The position numbers and the translations under genes were made by a program. From Antedon mediterranea (lineage: Eukaryota > Animalia > Echinodermata): DNA of 64,000 nt. The notes beneath the pieces were generated by a model that was not told the origin of the DNA, did no database searches, and worked only from the letters and a program-made list of their open reading frames with translations. The stretch's first letter is position 1; every line of letters starts with the position of its first letter. Below, piece by piece: positions 13,101 through 25,800 of this stretch. The stretch lies in assembly GCF_964355755.1 (NCBI RefSeq), contig NC_092674.1, positions 19,468,001-19,532,000 of the forward strand. The letters run 5' to 3'.

Positions 13101-15158
13101 GTTATTTAATGTATCTATGTATTTAATGTTTTATTTATTAACAATGTTCACCTCTATTTACATCTACAGACGTTATTTAATTTATCTATTTATTTACATC
13201 TATCTCATCTACAAATCACGAACATCATTTGATATAACGCGCGATCCAGCGTAAGGAGCGATCTCTCTGATCGTTGGCCTGCGCGATACTCGTCCCAGAG
13301 GCGTAAGAGCGTTCTAGTTGCACGTCGGTAAGCTTGTCGCTGAAGCCGGTCAACATCTTCGCGATGAACTAATTCCATTGTGATGTGAACATTCTGACTC
13401 TCTTCATGCAGCAGCCCAATTAAGAGGTAGAGTTGAAGTTTTGCTGAAATAACAAAAATAACGATATAGGCCTACTATAATTATCATGAGCAAGTTAACA
13501 ACATAATACATAATAATTATTATAATTGAAAAGTAATTTTCTTACCACGTCGTCCTTTTCGATTCAGTCTGTTGTGATACGGGTGTCTCGAAAACAGAGA
13601 CCAGAGACCCAGGGTCTCTGTTTTCGAGAAAATCTCGAAAACAGAGACCCCCACTAAAACGTCTCAATATTACGTAATATAGGGGGTCTCTGTTTTCGAG
13701 ATTTTCTCGAAAACAGAGACCCCCACTAAAACGTCTAAATAATACGTTATATAGGGGGTCTCTGTTTAACAGAGACCCCCACTAAAGCGTCTCAATATTA
13801 CATTATATAGGGGGTCTCTATTTTCGAGAAAAACTCGAAAACAGAGACCCCCTATATAACGTATTATTTAGACGTTTTAGTGGGGGTGGAGTCCCCACTA
13901 AAACGTCTCAAGAATGACGTATCAGTAATAAACGGTAACTGATATGCCGATCAAAGAACATGCCGCAACGATAAGAAGAGATTGATGAATTCTTGAACGC
14001 GTGTAAAAAGACTGTCATTTTGGAATACAAGGTCGACCTCCTAGAAGTAAGATGTATAAATGCATGTTGTGCCTTTTAGAAGCTAAAAAGCGGGAGATTA
14101 TTTCAAAAGCTGACACTAGTTTCGTAACATTTATTTACAAGCATAAAAGATAATAACGTACAATGCAATAACAAAATGATATGAGGTCAGACTTTGAGGC
14201 AGACTGGAGGATGAAGAAAATATATTGTGTTGGGCGAGCCTTAAAAAAGAAATGAATTAAAAAAAAAAAAAAAAAAATTATAAATAAATAAACATAAATT
14301 CACGGTTTTTGCGATAAAAGTTGGGTGTTAATAATTTATGACCAAGCTTGGTGGGTATTTGCAACACTCTTAATAAACAGGGATTATATTAAGCATAATG
14401 ACATAATGCGACACGTCAATGCATTATGCTTTAAAAAAATTTTACATTACATACATAATCGTAATAATATCTTTCAGTGCAATATAGTGTATAAAAAAGC
14501 TCAGTAAAGTCTCTCACTGATTTTAACTGGCACCAAACAAATATTCCCAATTTACTCATTCATAATTATTAACCTATTAGAGTCGTCTTCGTAAGCTACT
14601 TGTTGTGTCCTTAAAATATAGATAAAAATCGTTACAAATGCAAACAGGTTTATAAATAAATAATAAACTGCTACACGTACCGAGTGCTGAAAGAGAGTTA
14701 AATCGGGCAGTTAAGTCTCAATCCTACAATAGCATCCATTTTCGTATGCTTTATGCATAATTGACGCGCCATACACCACGATCGGTATTGTTGAAAATTG
14801 ACCTTAATTGACACGCGACCGAAATGAAACGCGACCGAGATGATCGTAATTCGCTAGGCCTACCTAGGGTAGGGCCTAGTCTACTAGGCTAGGCCTAGCC
14901 TAGCTAGGTAGACTAGGCCAATAGGCCTACTATAGATAGGTAGGCCTAGCTAGGGCCTAGGCTAGGCCTAGTAGGCTCTAGCCTACTACTACTAGGCCTA
15001 GGCCCTAGCCGGTTTTATTTTAGGCCATTCATTTCAGCTTTATTTAGTAATTTAACTTACTTTGTTAATGATTCTGCTTCTTCAACAAGTGACAATAAAC
15101 TTGAGCCCAAATTAAGGTGACCTCCGCCATCCTGGTCTGAGTTTGAAACTGCTGACAT
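10124..15158 (-). CDS. MED4: Mediator subunit 4; exons 15158-15061, 12284-12227, 11878-11708, 11256-11112, 10919-10815, 10308-10124
   Basis: Spliced translation contains [69 protein letters not shown] and the C-terminal [18 protein letters not shown], all MED4 hallmarks. All junctions are GT-AG and in phase. Confidence 0.97.
13230..13580 (-). pseudogene. Intron-containing MULE transposase C-terminal remnant
   Basis: [11 protein letters not shown] | GT-AG intron | [18 protein letters not shown]...[27 protein letters not shown] resembles the (E)GWHNRLN...YLLxxLLHEE...LWEEY tail of invertebrate MULE transposases. Confidence 0.7.
13581..13910. repeat. Array of short inverted repeats (TCTCGAAAACAGAGACCCC / GGGGTCTCTGTTTTCGAGA), MITE-like, truncating the transposase
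   Basis: Alternating inverted copies are visible directly. The end GGGTGTCTCGAAAAC resembles GGGTGTTTCGAAAC at 58467. Confidence 0.7.
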
Positions 15159-15632
15159 TGTGGCTTCTTACAAGCTAGGCTAGGCGCGGCCTAGCTCTGG
15201 CCAACAATAGAATAGAAGCAAAGATCGTGCAGTAGGAAGATGTTACACTTCCTAGCTATTCGTTCAATGCAAATAAAAGCGAGACAACAACATGGAGAGC
15301 TAAATTTAAAGGGCGCCTCGCACGTCGAGTAGGGATACGGAAGGTTATTGTTGTATATGAAATAGGCTATAACAGAAGAATAATATGACTGTAAAATTAA
15401 GAATTATTAACATATAAAATGTACTGTTATCTTTATAGAAAGTGCAAATGAATCATATTTTTATGTTTTGGAATACAAATTTGTGTTTCAATTACCTGGA
15501 ATTGTTTAGGTAAGTTCCCAGGGGCGCAGCCAGCAAAGAATTAAAGGGGGGGTCAACCAATATGTGAGTATTTTGCGAGCGAAGCGAGCAACCATGGGCT
15601 GGGGGCCAGGGGGCCGCCAAGGGCCCCCGGTT

Positions 15633-18600
15633 GCGATTTTTTTTTTCGTACATAAGTTGGGGACCCCCTCATGAAACGTCACAAAATAATTTAAACATGA
15701 ATAATTCATCAGTTAAATTTTCTTGTTCCGTGTGCACCCAAGCGTATAGCAACAAGAAGTGATTACACAAGTGCGGTATCAGTCGAGCAGCAAAGTGCTC
15801 ATTTAACCGTTAAAACGCTGTTTTTTAACTGCGCAGGTCACTGAGCATCGCCAAGTTATAGTGACTTCCGGTTCGCTTTTCACTTCGCGGCAAGCATTTT
15901 GCATGGGAATACCCTTACAAATCTGCTGCAATTTCCACCATCCGGGTTAAATTATATCTTTCTATATTTGGAAATTGTTACTCCTAATATGGAAGATTAT
16001 TCCCGCCACAAAATTTTGGTATAAATAGCCCAGGAAATGACGACAGAGCTTATTGAAGAAAAAAGTGCAGATGGAGGTGTTCGTTGAGGTAGGCTACATG
16101 ATTTATTTGTTTGGTTTCGTAGGGAATCCGGCACTTTTCTCATCAGCACGGAACCTTTATAAAAACTTAGTGGTTGGTTATTAGGTTATTAATCTATCTT
16201 TTCTGAAAGTTTAAGCTTGGTTCAGCTTGTGGGACGGATTCAATATCCGTTCAAAGCTGGGGATATATTCTAAGCAGACTCCATCTTGGATTCGTATGTT
16301 TAGTACAGGCCGTGTGGTTGAGTAATTTCAATCCTTCAAAATCACTATGTGCAATCCGTTTTTAAACCAGTTAATATACCAAAATATGTTATTAGTAGCT
16401 TTATTATTTTGGATTTGGTGCTAGTTTGGTAAATATTGCAATATAATTGTAGATTATTTGGTTGTAAAAAAATGTACCCAACTTGTAGTATTATCTAGGC
16501 CTAGCTAGGCTAGGCCTAGCCCATTTGACGGAAACCCAGTGCTATTTGTAGGCGGATAGAGAGGGCCGCAGGCTAGTTTTTAGTGGCATATCGCCGACTT
16601 ATTATAATCAATGTGAAGCCATATTATTATTATTATGTTTAAAATGTTGAATCTATATCCACTGGATTATTGATATATATCGTCGGATATTTAAAGAAAG
16701 GCCTAGGCCTAGACCTTTTGATTTAATTAATTTAGGACTATATTACGGGAAATTCTTTGCCAAAGAAAAGAAAATACGTTGTGGCTGTTGGAGGTTTGTA
16801 AATATATGACAATAATGTAGCCTAGGCTAGGAAGGACTGTAGGTAGGATGAGGTAATTTGGATGGTTGTACATATGATATTTATATATACAGTATTGTGT
16901 ATAGTAGTGATCATGGCGACAAAATTTAGGATGACTAAAGTTGACATTAAAATTATTTAACTATGAATAGCTCATTATTGGTGTTTTTTTTTTCTTTCAG
17001 GTTTCTAAGAATAAACTATCCGACTTGTGATTCATCTTGTGCTGCAAAAACAATCCTATTTTGATATTTGTAAATTGATGTACGTAACAGATGTCTTTAA
17101 AAATAAAAAAAAAATAAAAATTTTTATTATCGCGATGATTTAACTCAAATATTGACATATAACTTGATATTTTAGCCTGAGCAAGATAGTTTGATAGGCA
17201 TATTTTACTTCGATGTAAATAAGATATTACATGTTATACTGTATGTAAAATACTTTTTTGTAAATAAAATTATTTAATGGTGGTTAATTTATTAACTTGT
17301 TAATTTGTTTGTTAGTTATAATGTTATACTATTAATTATTTAGTTATTTAGTAACCAAAGTGGAGTGGATTCGTGGCAGTTGCAACTTGACTGTAATATG
17401 CATATATATAATAATATTTACTTCTTCTTGGATAAAGTTAAAGCAAAATAAGCAATAATAAAAATTAAATATTTATTTTGCCATAAAGAAAGCAAAAACT
17501 AAACATACAGTACTATATGTACAGTAATACCATGGACCCAAAGGTCCATGGTAATACATACTGTAGTATTGAGCACCAGTAGCAGAGACGTCTGGACAAT
17601 CGAATATAATCGTTATCAGCTGTCTGGGTACCCAAGGCTAGTGCTAGAAAATGGCGAAAATTCGTGTATTCATTCGCCGTCAGCGAAATGAATCCGGCAC
17701 TTTTCTCATCAGAAGCAAATCAACAAATCCTTTTATCAGTTTGTTTTGATATATAATCTGGATAATATATATTAAAATGGCCTTGGTTCAAGCATGTTTA
17801 ACAGGTAAAATCAGATTTTTTCCTACCTAGGCCCCTTAGCACTGCGGTACCCTACGCCGTGTGGGGGAACCGATCTCGGCAGTATTTCTTAAGTAGCCTA
17901 TCTTTCGTAAAATCCTTAGTTGAATTTTATTAATATAAATTTAATTGTATGAATATGCTATTTAAATGTTATTGAAATTTTTTTTTGCTGCATTTTGTAA
18001 TTCCGCACTACTTGCTTTATCGCGATTCCAAGATGGCGGCAATTCAAATTTTGATTTGGTAATAATTCGCGAGGTCAACCACTTTGCTGCCCGACTGGTA
18101 TGATTCAGGCCTATCTCCGCGCTGTTGTTGCGGCGTGCGATTTCATAGAAGAATAGCGGCGTTTTGTGTGGATTGCCGAAATAATCAGCCTTTAGTTTAT
18201 GGTGTTTTTAATATAATTTATTACTAAAGAATTACGTGTTAAAACTATAGTTTCTATTAATACTATTAGGCCTAATTATTAGTCTCTAAACCCATGTCTA
18301 TTCTAGTAGTAGCTGTGTGGGTGTGGGTGTGTGCGACGTGTGTGTGTTAGGTATGACCAAAGATAGTTACACTTACTATCTTTGGTATGACACAATCCGA
18401 GTAATAAGTCAGCAAAATTAAACAATAAACATTACACAAAAATACATTTTTTATTCTCGTGGGTCAAATCTTCCCATCTCATGTGTTCATATACGCGCAT
18501 TTTTAAAATTCCTTTGAGTACATGCATATTGTTCGATAATAAAATAGCAGAATTAAAAAAATACAGTACACAAATTATACACATTCTTTATTCTTGTGGG

Positions 18601-18901
18601 TCTAAGCTTTCTTTGGGCTATGTCCAATGAATTACTACTTAGTTTAATGTCTTGCCTAGCTGTCGATTAGCCTCGACTCGACACATTTTGTGTGAAGAAG
18701 AGTGCACGAAGGCAATCACGTGAATTGACTTGGAATCCTAGGCCTACTGTAGAAAGTATCGTATCGCAGTTGTGTAATCACTTCTTGTTGCTATACGCTT
18801 GGGTGCACACGGAACAACAAATTTAACTGATGAATTATTCATGTTTATTTTGTGACGTTTCATGAAGGGGTCCCCAACTTATGTACGAAAAAAAAAATCG
18901 C
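15633..18901. mobile_element. Non-autonomous MULE nested in the hAT element
   Basis: ~140-bp TIRs starting GCGATTTTTTTTTTCGTACATAAGTTGGGGACCCC. Perfect 9-bp TSD CCCCCGGTT (15624-15632 / 18902-18910). Confidence 0.88.
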
Positions 18902-19476
18902 CCCCCGGTTGGGGTCCAGGGGGCGAAGCCCCCTGGAAGCTTTGGCGGTCTAGGGCAATCTAGATCATTTGAATCGGTTTACGCACACACAAATATGACA
19001 ATGTTAACACTAATAAACTGAAACAAAGAAAACAAAAAACAACTCTCATTTTCATTACAGAACATTTTTATATTCCAGGCTGCCACAGACAAACACTTTT
19101 TTTCTTGCTTGTTTGTTGATTTGTGTAGAGGCTGTAAACTCAGAGGAGGAATTATTTGAATTCCTCCCTTTTCACCAATACAAAAGTTGCATGAAATGAA
19201 CGTAGAGATGCAAAAGTTTTAAAAAAGAAATTAGAATGATAGCATGGAGGGAGTGACGTTATTAAATGAGAACCGTAAGGTTGGAGTTCATACACTGTGC
19301 AAGTCCAAGAAGCTATCTTGGCTCCGTGTGTATGTGAGACGCTTATCATACCCAGTACATACAATATTTTGTTTAAAAATATACCTATTTTGTTCGAATG
19401 TATAGTATAGGTGATAGCTTATACATAATTGTAATAACTAACTTCTAAATTATTATCATACATTTTACGTTAGTTA

Positions 19477-19800
19477 CTATAACGGCGCTCTTGACATCGC
19501 GTGATGCATCTTTAAACATAAGTTTGGAACATTCTTCTTGGCTTGGAGACAGAATTCGCGAATGACATTCTCTGTATTAATGTTCATGTTAAAGTGTATT
19601 TTCATGAGGCACAGTCCCGAAAGCTGCTCATAAGACATGTGATTTCCCAAACAGGTTTTCGTTCTCCATAAAGTCGAAAAACTCCACTCAGCTTCAGCAG
19701 ACGTTACGGGCATAGGCCTACGCGATTAGAAGAAGTGCACGCACATTCGGGAACACATTTGGATCCGCTAATTTTACACAGTCGCTTCCATCACTGAAGC
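19477..19800 (-). pseudogene. hAT transposase C-terminal dimerisation domain fragment
   Basis: MPVTSAEAEWSFSTLWRTKTCLGNHMSYEQLSGLCLMKIH matches the hATC consensus PVTSAxAERSFSxLxRxKxxLRxxMxxxRLxxL. Confidence 0.85.
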
Positions 19801-20164
19801 TCGGAATGAAGATGTTCGTGTCTTGGCAGATCATCGTACCAAATTCAAGTTCCTTGAAGACTTCTTCAACATTACACTTCACTATAGACTCGGGTGCTAC
19901 GCCAAATATTTTAAAGCATGGCCTGTTATCGGCAGAAAAACGGGTTTTTAACTCGGTTTGTAATCAAGAAGTTGATTTGGTAATACTGCTCGGTAGTAAT
20001 CTTCCACAGTATCTCCAGGATGATTTGATCTGTATTGTTGTCTCATGTTTTTATTTATTTTTTCTAAAAAAAAAGGGGGGTTCAGGACCCCCGTGACCCC
20101 CCCACTGGCTGCGCCCCTGGGTACCTGGAATATCTACCATATTTTATTTCTTTTATTTTAATGT

Positions 20165-20792
20165 TTTTAGTCGCGTGGAAGCGACTCTATAGTTCACTAT
20201 GTCGGTCTGTCGGTCTGTCGGTCCGGTATCACTATGCGTTTGATCGCTTTCTGACCTTATCTTGATATCAGTTTAATCTAGCTAGGTCAATTTTTCACAG
20301 TATATTCCTTATGGCCAGGAATCGATGTGGTTATGTTTTCACGGTGCGCAATAAAAAATTACGCGGTCTACGCACGATTTAACGAAATCACGTTTGTAAT
20401 CATATCTTCACAACCATGAATCACAATTAAATAAAATTTGGTACTCATAAATTTCAGGGCATAAATCATCATATGGCAATACAATTACGTGCGTAGCGCA
20501 TGTAACGCATGCGTACGCGCTCTTAAAATGTTCAAAATTTATTTTCGATGAAATAAGAGTACGTTTCAGGCAATTTTAAGCGTTTACAAAATTGCCATGA
20601 GTGCGCAGATTTTTGCGCGCGCACTGCGCGTTAAATGTTATTGCGCACTCTTTTTGCCCGATTTCTGTTTTCTTGACTTACTTTTCAACTCGAAATTACG
20701 TTATAATCTGTCGGTCTGTCGGTTTGTCGGTCTGTCTGTCGGTCCGGTATCACTATGCATTGTAGCACGCGACTTAATGGCTGTTGGCCTTG
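20165..20792 (+). mobile_element. Non-autonomous Helentron/DINE-1-like element
   Basis: 5' T-run, sub-terminal inverted repeat AGTCGCGTG / CACGCGACT, (TGTC/GGTC)n microsatellite blocks, a 3' end ...GGCCTTGTT and no TSD. Confidence 0.6.
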
Positions 20793-20799
20793 TTCATTT

Positions 20800-22570
20800 T
20801 CAATTTTTTTTACATCTTTCACATATGTCATTTATAGAAAGATTCCAAATTTTTAGCTTACTTTTGCACGCAAGAATGAGATGTAGTAGTTTGAAATTGA
20901 ATTGCGCAACTTTTGTGATATGTTTCATAGAAAACCACCTTGTTATACCATACGGTATCCCATGCAAAAGTGTAATTTTGAAATTCTATCTCCCATTTTT
21001 TTTTGTGCTATAGGAGTTGATATTAAATTTTCCACAAATAAATTATAAAATAGTTTTGCATTAAGTTGTTTTGTATGAAGCCAAAAGCAATCGGTGTTTG
21101 TTTGATTATTTACATGTTCACCATTCAAAATAATTTCCTTCCATGATTGTGGTGGCATTCATTAGCCCTTATATATTCAATTAATCCATTTTGTTTCTGT
21201 GATAGTAATGGTAACACTTCATTCATTGGTAATAATAATATTCTCCTTAATTATGTCATTCATTGTTCTAAAGCCTGCATCAAGCCAAACTTTGAAATAG
21301 ATTGACTTTCCATTTAACCGTATACATTTATTTTCCCACAATTGTTGGTTTTTAACGTCTTCAATGTTTTGTGGGTCAGACCAGTTAAAGTTGTTAATAT
21401 TAACTATAGCAATTAGCATTTCTCTATAGAAAACAGGCAATAGTTTTAGATCAGAATGATCTTCATTGTTAATTTGAGTGATATTAACAGTATACTTAAT
21501 AGGGTGCATACAATAATTCGGTATACATTTCCATTTTCCTGGATCTGGGCTAAGGAGTCGCTTAACCCAGTTTAGCTTCAATGCTTTGACTTTTGCATTA
21601 AAATTAATCATATTTAAACCACCTGTATCTGTTTTTCTATTGAGTGTGGTTCTTTTAATCTTTTCTCGTCTACCACTCCACATAAAACTGTATATTATCT
21701 TTTCCACCTTGGGCAAGATATATTTTGGTACGGTTATAAATGCTAGCATTGTATATTAGTTTAGATATGGCTAGAGTTTTAATTATAAACATTTTTCCAA
21801 AGAACGTAAGATTTCTTCTTTTCCATAAAGATATTTTCTAAAGAAATAATCTTATCGTCCCAGTTTTTCTTTTCACATGATTTGTTATCGTATCCAACAT
21901 AAATTCCTAGAAACTTTACAGGTTTCTTTGTCCATGTAATATTAGGCCTACATGGTTCTGACATATTATTATGTTTACTCGCACCAATCCACATACCATT
22001 TGTTTTTCCTTTTTTCAATCTTAAACCTGATATTCTACAGAATAGCTAAATCTCATGTAAAAAGCAGATCAACGATTCTTTATCTTTTGTAAAGATGATA
22101 GATCGTCTGCAAGCTGAGCTATCATAACAGAACATTCTTCATCGTTTATTTTTGGTAATTCAATTCCTTTACATAGTGGATTGTTCCGTATGTTACAGGC
22201 CATCAAGTCAACCACTAATAATAAATAACAAGGCCGATAAAGGACACCCTTGTCTTATTTCACATTCCATATTAACGCTTTCCGACATCCAACCATTATT
22301 TACCATTATACTTTCTGTATCAGTATATATTACTTTAATCCATTTAATAAAAGAAGGACCAAATCCAAATTTTGTTTTTAACATTAAATTTCTATTTACC
22401 GAATCAAACGCTTTTGCAAAATCGAGGAAAATTAAGGCGCCGGGTTTGTTTTTGATATTAGTAAAATAAAGTATATCTTCTACAAGTCTTATATTTTCCC
22501 CCAAACCTTCCAGTAATGTAACCTTTTTGATCAGAATGTATAATAGTTAATATTACTTTTTGTAATCTGA
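20800..22570 (-). pseudogene. 5'-truncated, frameshifted L1/Tx1-clade LINE ORF2 (reverse transcriptase)
   Basis: GENIRLVEDI, FLDFAKAFDSV, RQGCPLSALLF, QLADD, VKFLGIYVG and GGLNMINF...ALKLNWVKRLL are spread over several frames. Confidence 0.92.
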
Positions 22571-22861
22571 TTGATCTTGATCCTGATAAAAAAAAAACAA
22601 TATTAACAGTTGATTACAGCGTTCTGTGTTTGATTGGCAGCAGTGCTTTAGCATATGCTAGCGCGTTGAAAACCGTCGACGTATCAGTGTGTTATTTAAT
22701 CCATGGTAACAGTTGTTGGATCTCAATTAAATAAGAAAGGTATTAAGACCACTGGAGCTTTTACGGTATTTTCAAATCCAAGTTAACATCCCTTGCAGTA
22801 CAATATGTGTTAATACTATTCATTTACAGGACAACGTTATGAGGGGGAATAAGGTACCACC

Positions 22862-25800
22862 ATGTTTGTGGTAAAGATATGCCTATTGCTTGTTGTCTTT
22901 GGAGTGATGTCATTATCAGCGGCAAAAACATGCAAAAAGTTATTTCCTCCTGGTACAACTACTCCTAATGCTGAACTCATGGGAGCTCTATACATCTCTG
23001 ATCCCGATCCATCTACAGGATATATACAAGCCACACATTTAAAGCTGTATTGGTCCCAGGTACAGTGGACTACAGCAGCTGGTTGAAAAGAGAACATGAT
23101 GTCTATGAAGCTATAGCAAACCTTTGGTCATATATAGCACGTATGGTGGTTTCAGACGTGGATGTTATATATGGTCATTATAAGGTTACTGAGGCATTGA
23201 GAACCCAGAAACCAATAGGAGTTATTGATTTTACAGCATTAACCTTCCTTTTTTACCGACTTGGGAATAAATTTGACGAAAACAAAAATACATGGCCTTA
23301 TTCTTGTTTTAACAGTGAGTTTTTTCTGTCCTTCTATTATGATCTTCAAAACTTCGACCAACTTGTATATTATCATGACATTGAGATAGTAAATGGTAAG
23401 TGGATTCTAACTAGAGAATTCATGTCTCTAACATCTATCTTTAAATATTCAAACCTGGGTGTCGATACCAACTTAAGAGAGTATATACTAGAGGATCTCT
23501 TTAATCCAACATTGCTAAATTATATTCCAAGCAAAGCTGTTAGCAGTGTATTTTATAATTCTGAATTAGCATGGAAATCTATTACTAAAATTATCGAAGG
23601 TCCCGAATATCTTACTTCATTTACTAACTGGAGGTCCGGATATACTCAAGTAGAACAGGTAGCAACTAAAAAATGTTTGGAACTATCAGGTTCTGTAGTT
23701 GCCACTGATAATTATTGTAAAGCTAGACATGTTACAGTTAAACTTAAAGCATGTCGTATTTTGAATAATGTTACGCCTTGTATGTATGATCCTTTGTTCC
23801 AAAAATATTTTGAATACGGCAGATTTGCTTCTTACAAGGAATTGACCGTATTACAAAAAGTATTTATAAAAACAAGAAGTGTAGTTACTTCACTTAAAGA
23901 TAGGGTTTCTGCTCAAGATCTGACTGGAATCGCGAAATTTGTTGCAGAATACAATCCTTATGCTGACATTGCTGCGAATCAATGTGTTCGCAGTTGGTCA
24001 AAATCGTTTGATTGTCAGAACAACATAGGGTGCAATGGCAACAGAGCCTCGCTAAAGTTTGATTGTAACGGTGGCTTTACCTGTAGAATCAACACCATGT
24101 ACCGTCCAGACTGTTTGATTCGATTCCTAATAGAAGAAAGTGGGAAACTACTGTTAGTAAAACCATCAAAGCAATGGGCAGATCCAATCGTTCAACGGGC
24201 TAAGTATAACTTAATGACATGGCTGTCTTATTTGCCAATGGCTAATTTTGTTACATTTGATTCTAATGATATCAATGATGTCATTCTATCAACACAATCA
24301 ATTATTAATGATTACGTCACAAGTTATGATATTGCTGGCCTAACGACAATTTCATCCGATTTTCCACCAGCTAAATTTGTTCCACTTTCAGATAAAAACG
24401 CTGCTTGTCAAACAACAACACCTATCCAGGCTTACATCATAATCTTAGAACCTTTGTTGAACAGCGTTCACGTGTTTCTGGAAGCATTTAAACATGGTCA
24501 GAAATCGTCCGTAAAGGTTTTAAATCCAACTGTTAATTACAGAAAATTAATCGAACAACTTCAGCAAGATTGTGTTCAACAATACATTAATAAACAAACA
24601 CAATCTTATTTTAATGACATTACCAGTCAGCTTGAACAACATTTTGGATCACTATCAAATTACTTTTCGTCTTTGGCCGATTACGATGGGCAGAAAGCAA
24701 CAGCTGATATTGCGTATATTGATGGGAGACTTGAAACGTTTAAACTCCAAGTTAATAAACTAGTCCCTAAAGTAGAATCTTCCTTTTCTACAGTTTTAAA
24801 GTTAGCTATTGGAGCAAATACCGCCGAATTAGCACAAATAACCGTTCAAATTGGTGTTGCCCTTGCGTCTGCAAGCAATCCTATAGGAAAAATAATTGGC
24901 GATTCCAGTCTTCTTGATTTAATTGACATGCTCAACCAATTTGCTCAGGCAGCAGTGACTACGACTATTCTTGTGAGACTTAGTGAAAATGATTTTCCAC
25001 AGCTTCAAAAACAAGCAGAAGACATTATGACAGGATTCCTTGCTAACGAGAAACATCTAGACAATGCCAAATCACTAATTGATGGTATAAGAGATGGTAC
25101 GTCAAATATGGATGACATAGCAGTGGAGTTTCTTGAGAAATACAATGCATACGATCCACAAGTTTTAAAATCTGACCTAGCTTTATACGGAGAAAAATTT
25201 GAGACCGTTGCTGAAACATTATGTGAAGCTGCGTTTTCAGGAACTACTGCTGTTAGTGCTTTGGTTGAAGTAGGATTAGCTACCAGTGGAGATTGTTTTA
25301 AAATAAGCTCAATGATTGCTGAATTAATTACTGTTTATGAAGAGCTTTACGATTTCCAATTTGATCTAATGGACACCTTAGCTGACGCAGTCCGCGCCAA
25401 TATAGCCCATGAAAAGGCAAATGAAATGAAATTGATATACACTAGTGGTGTTAGAGTTGATCAAGCCTTTTTACAGAGTAGTGCTGTCAACACTTACCTG
25501 GTTTCTGTTATGCATATTTGGAAAATTGTTATTGAATATTGTGATGTTTTAACATACACAAGTGGAGGTGCGGTGCCTACAAAGTGTAATACTGCTATCA
25601 AAAGCCCATCTAATGAAAATGTTATTCAAGTTCTTGGTTATGACCCTATTCCACTTTGTCACGTCAACAACGAAATTACAGATTTCCATGATATACCAAC
25701 TAAACCTAGTGGAACTGGGGATAAAGCGTATATCGATCTCGATAAACTTTACAATCTTGAAGAAGTCACGTTCCAAATTCCAAATCATCAATGGCTTCAA

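Larger units (their letters stand above)
12547..14853 (-). mobile_element. Deleted Mutator-like (MULE) DNA transposon in MED4 intron 1
   Basis: 32-bp inverted repeat GATCATCTCGGTCGCGTTTCATTTCGGTCGCG at 12555 and 14814-14845. GCTAGGC is repeated at both edges (weak evidence in a CTAG-rich tract). Contains a transposase remnant. Confidence 0.75.
15519..20119 (-). mobile_element. Degenerate hAT transposon
   Basis: 15-bp TIRs CAGGGGCGCAGCCAG / CTGGCTGCGCCCCTG and an internal hAT dimerisation-domain remnant. No TSD detected. Confidence 0.8.

Noticed and set aside
22837-23097. Antisense 86-aa ORF over the start of the large gene (also the 25549 and 56028 antisense ORFs)
   Set aside because: Shadow ORFs of real coding sequence.
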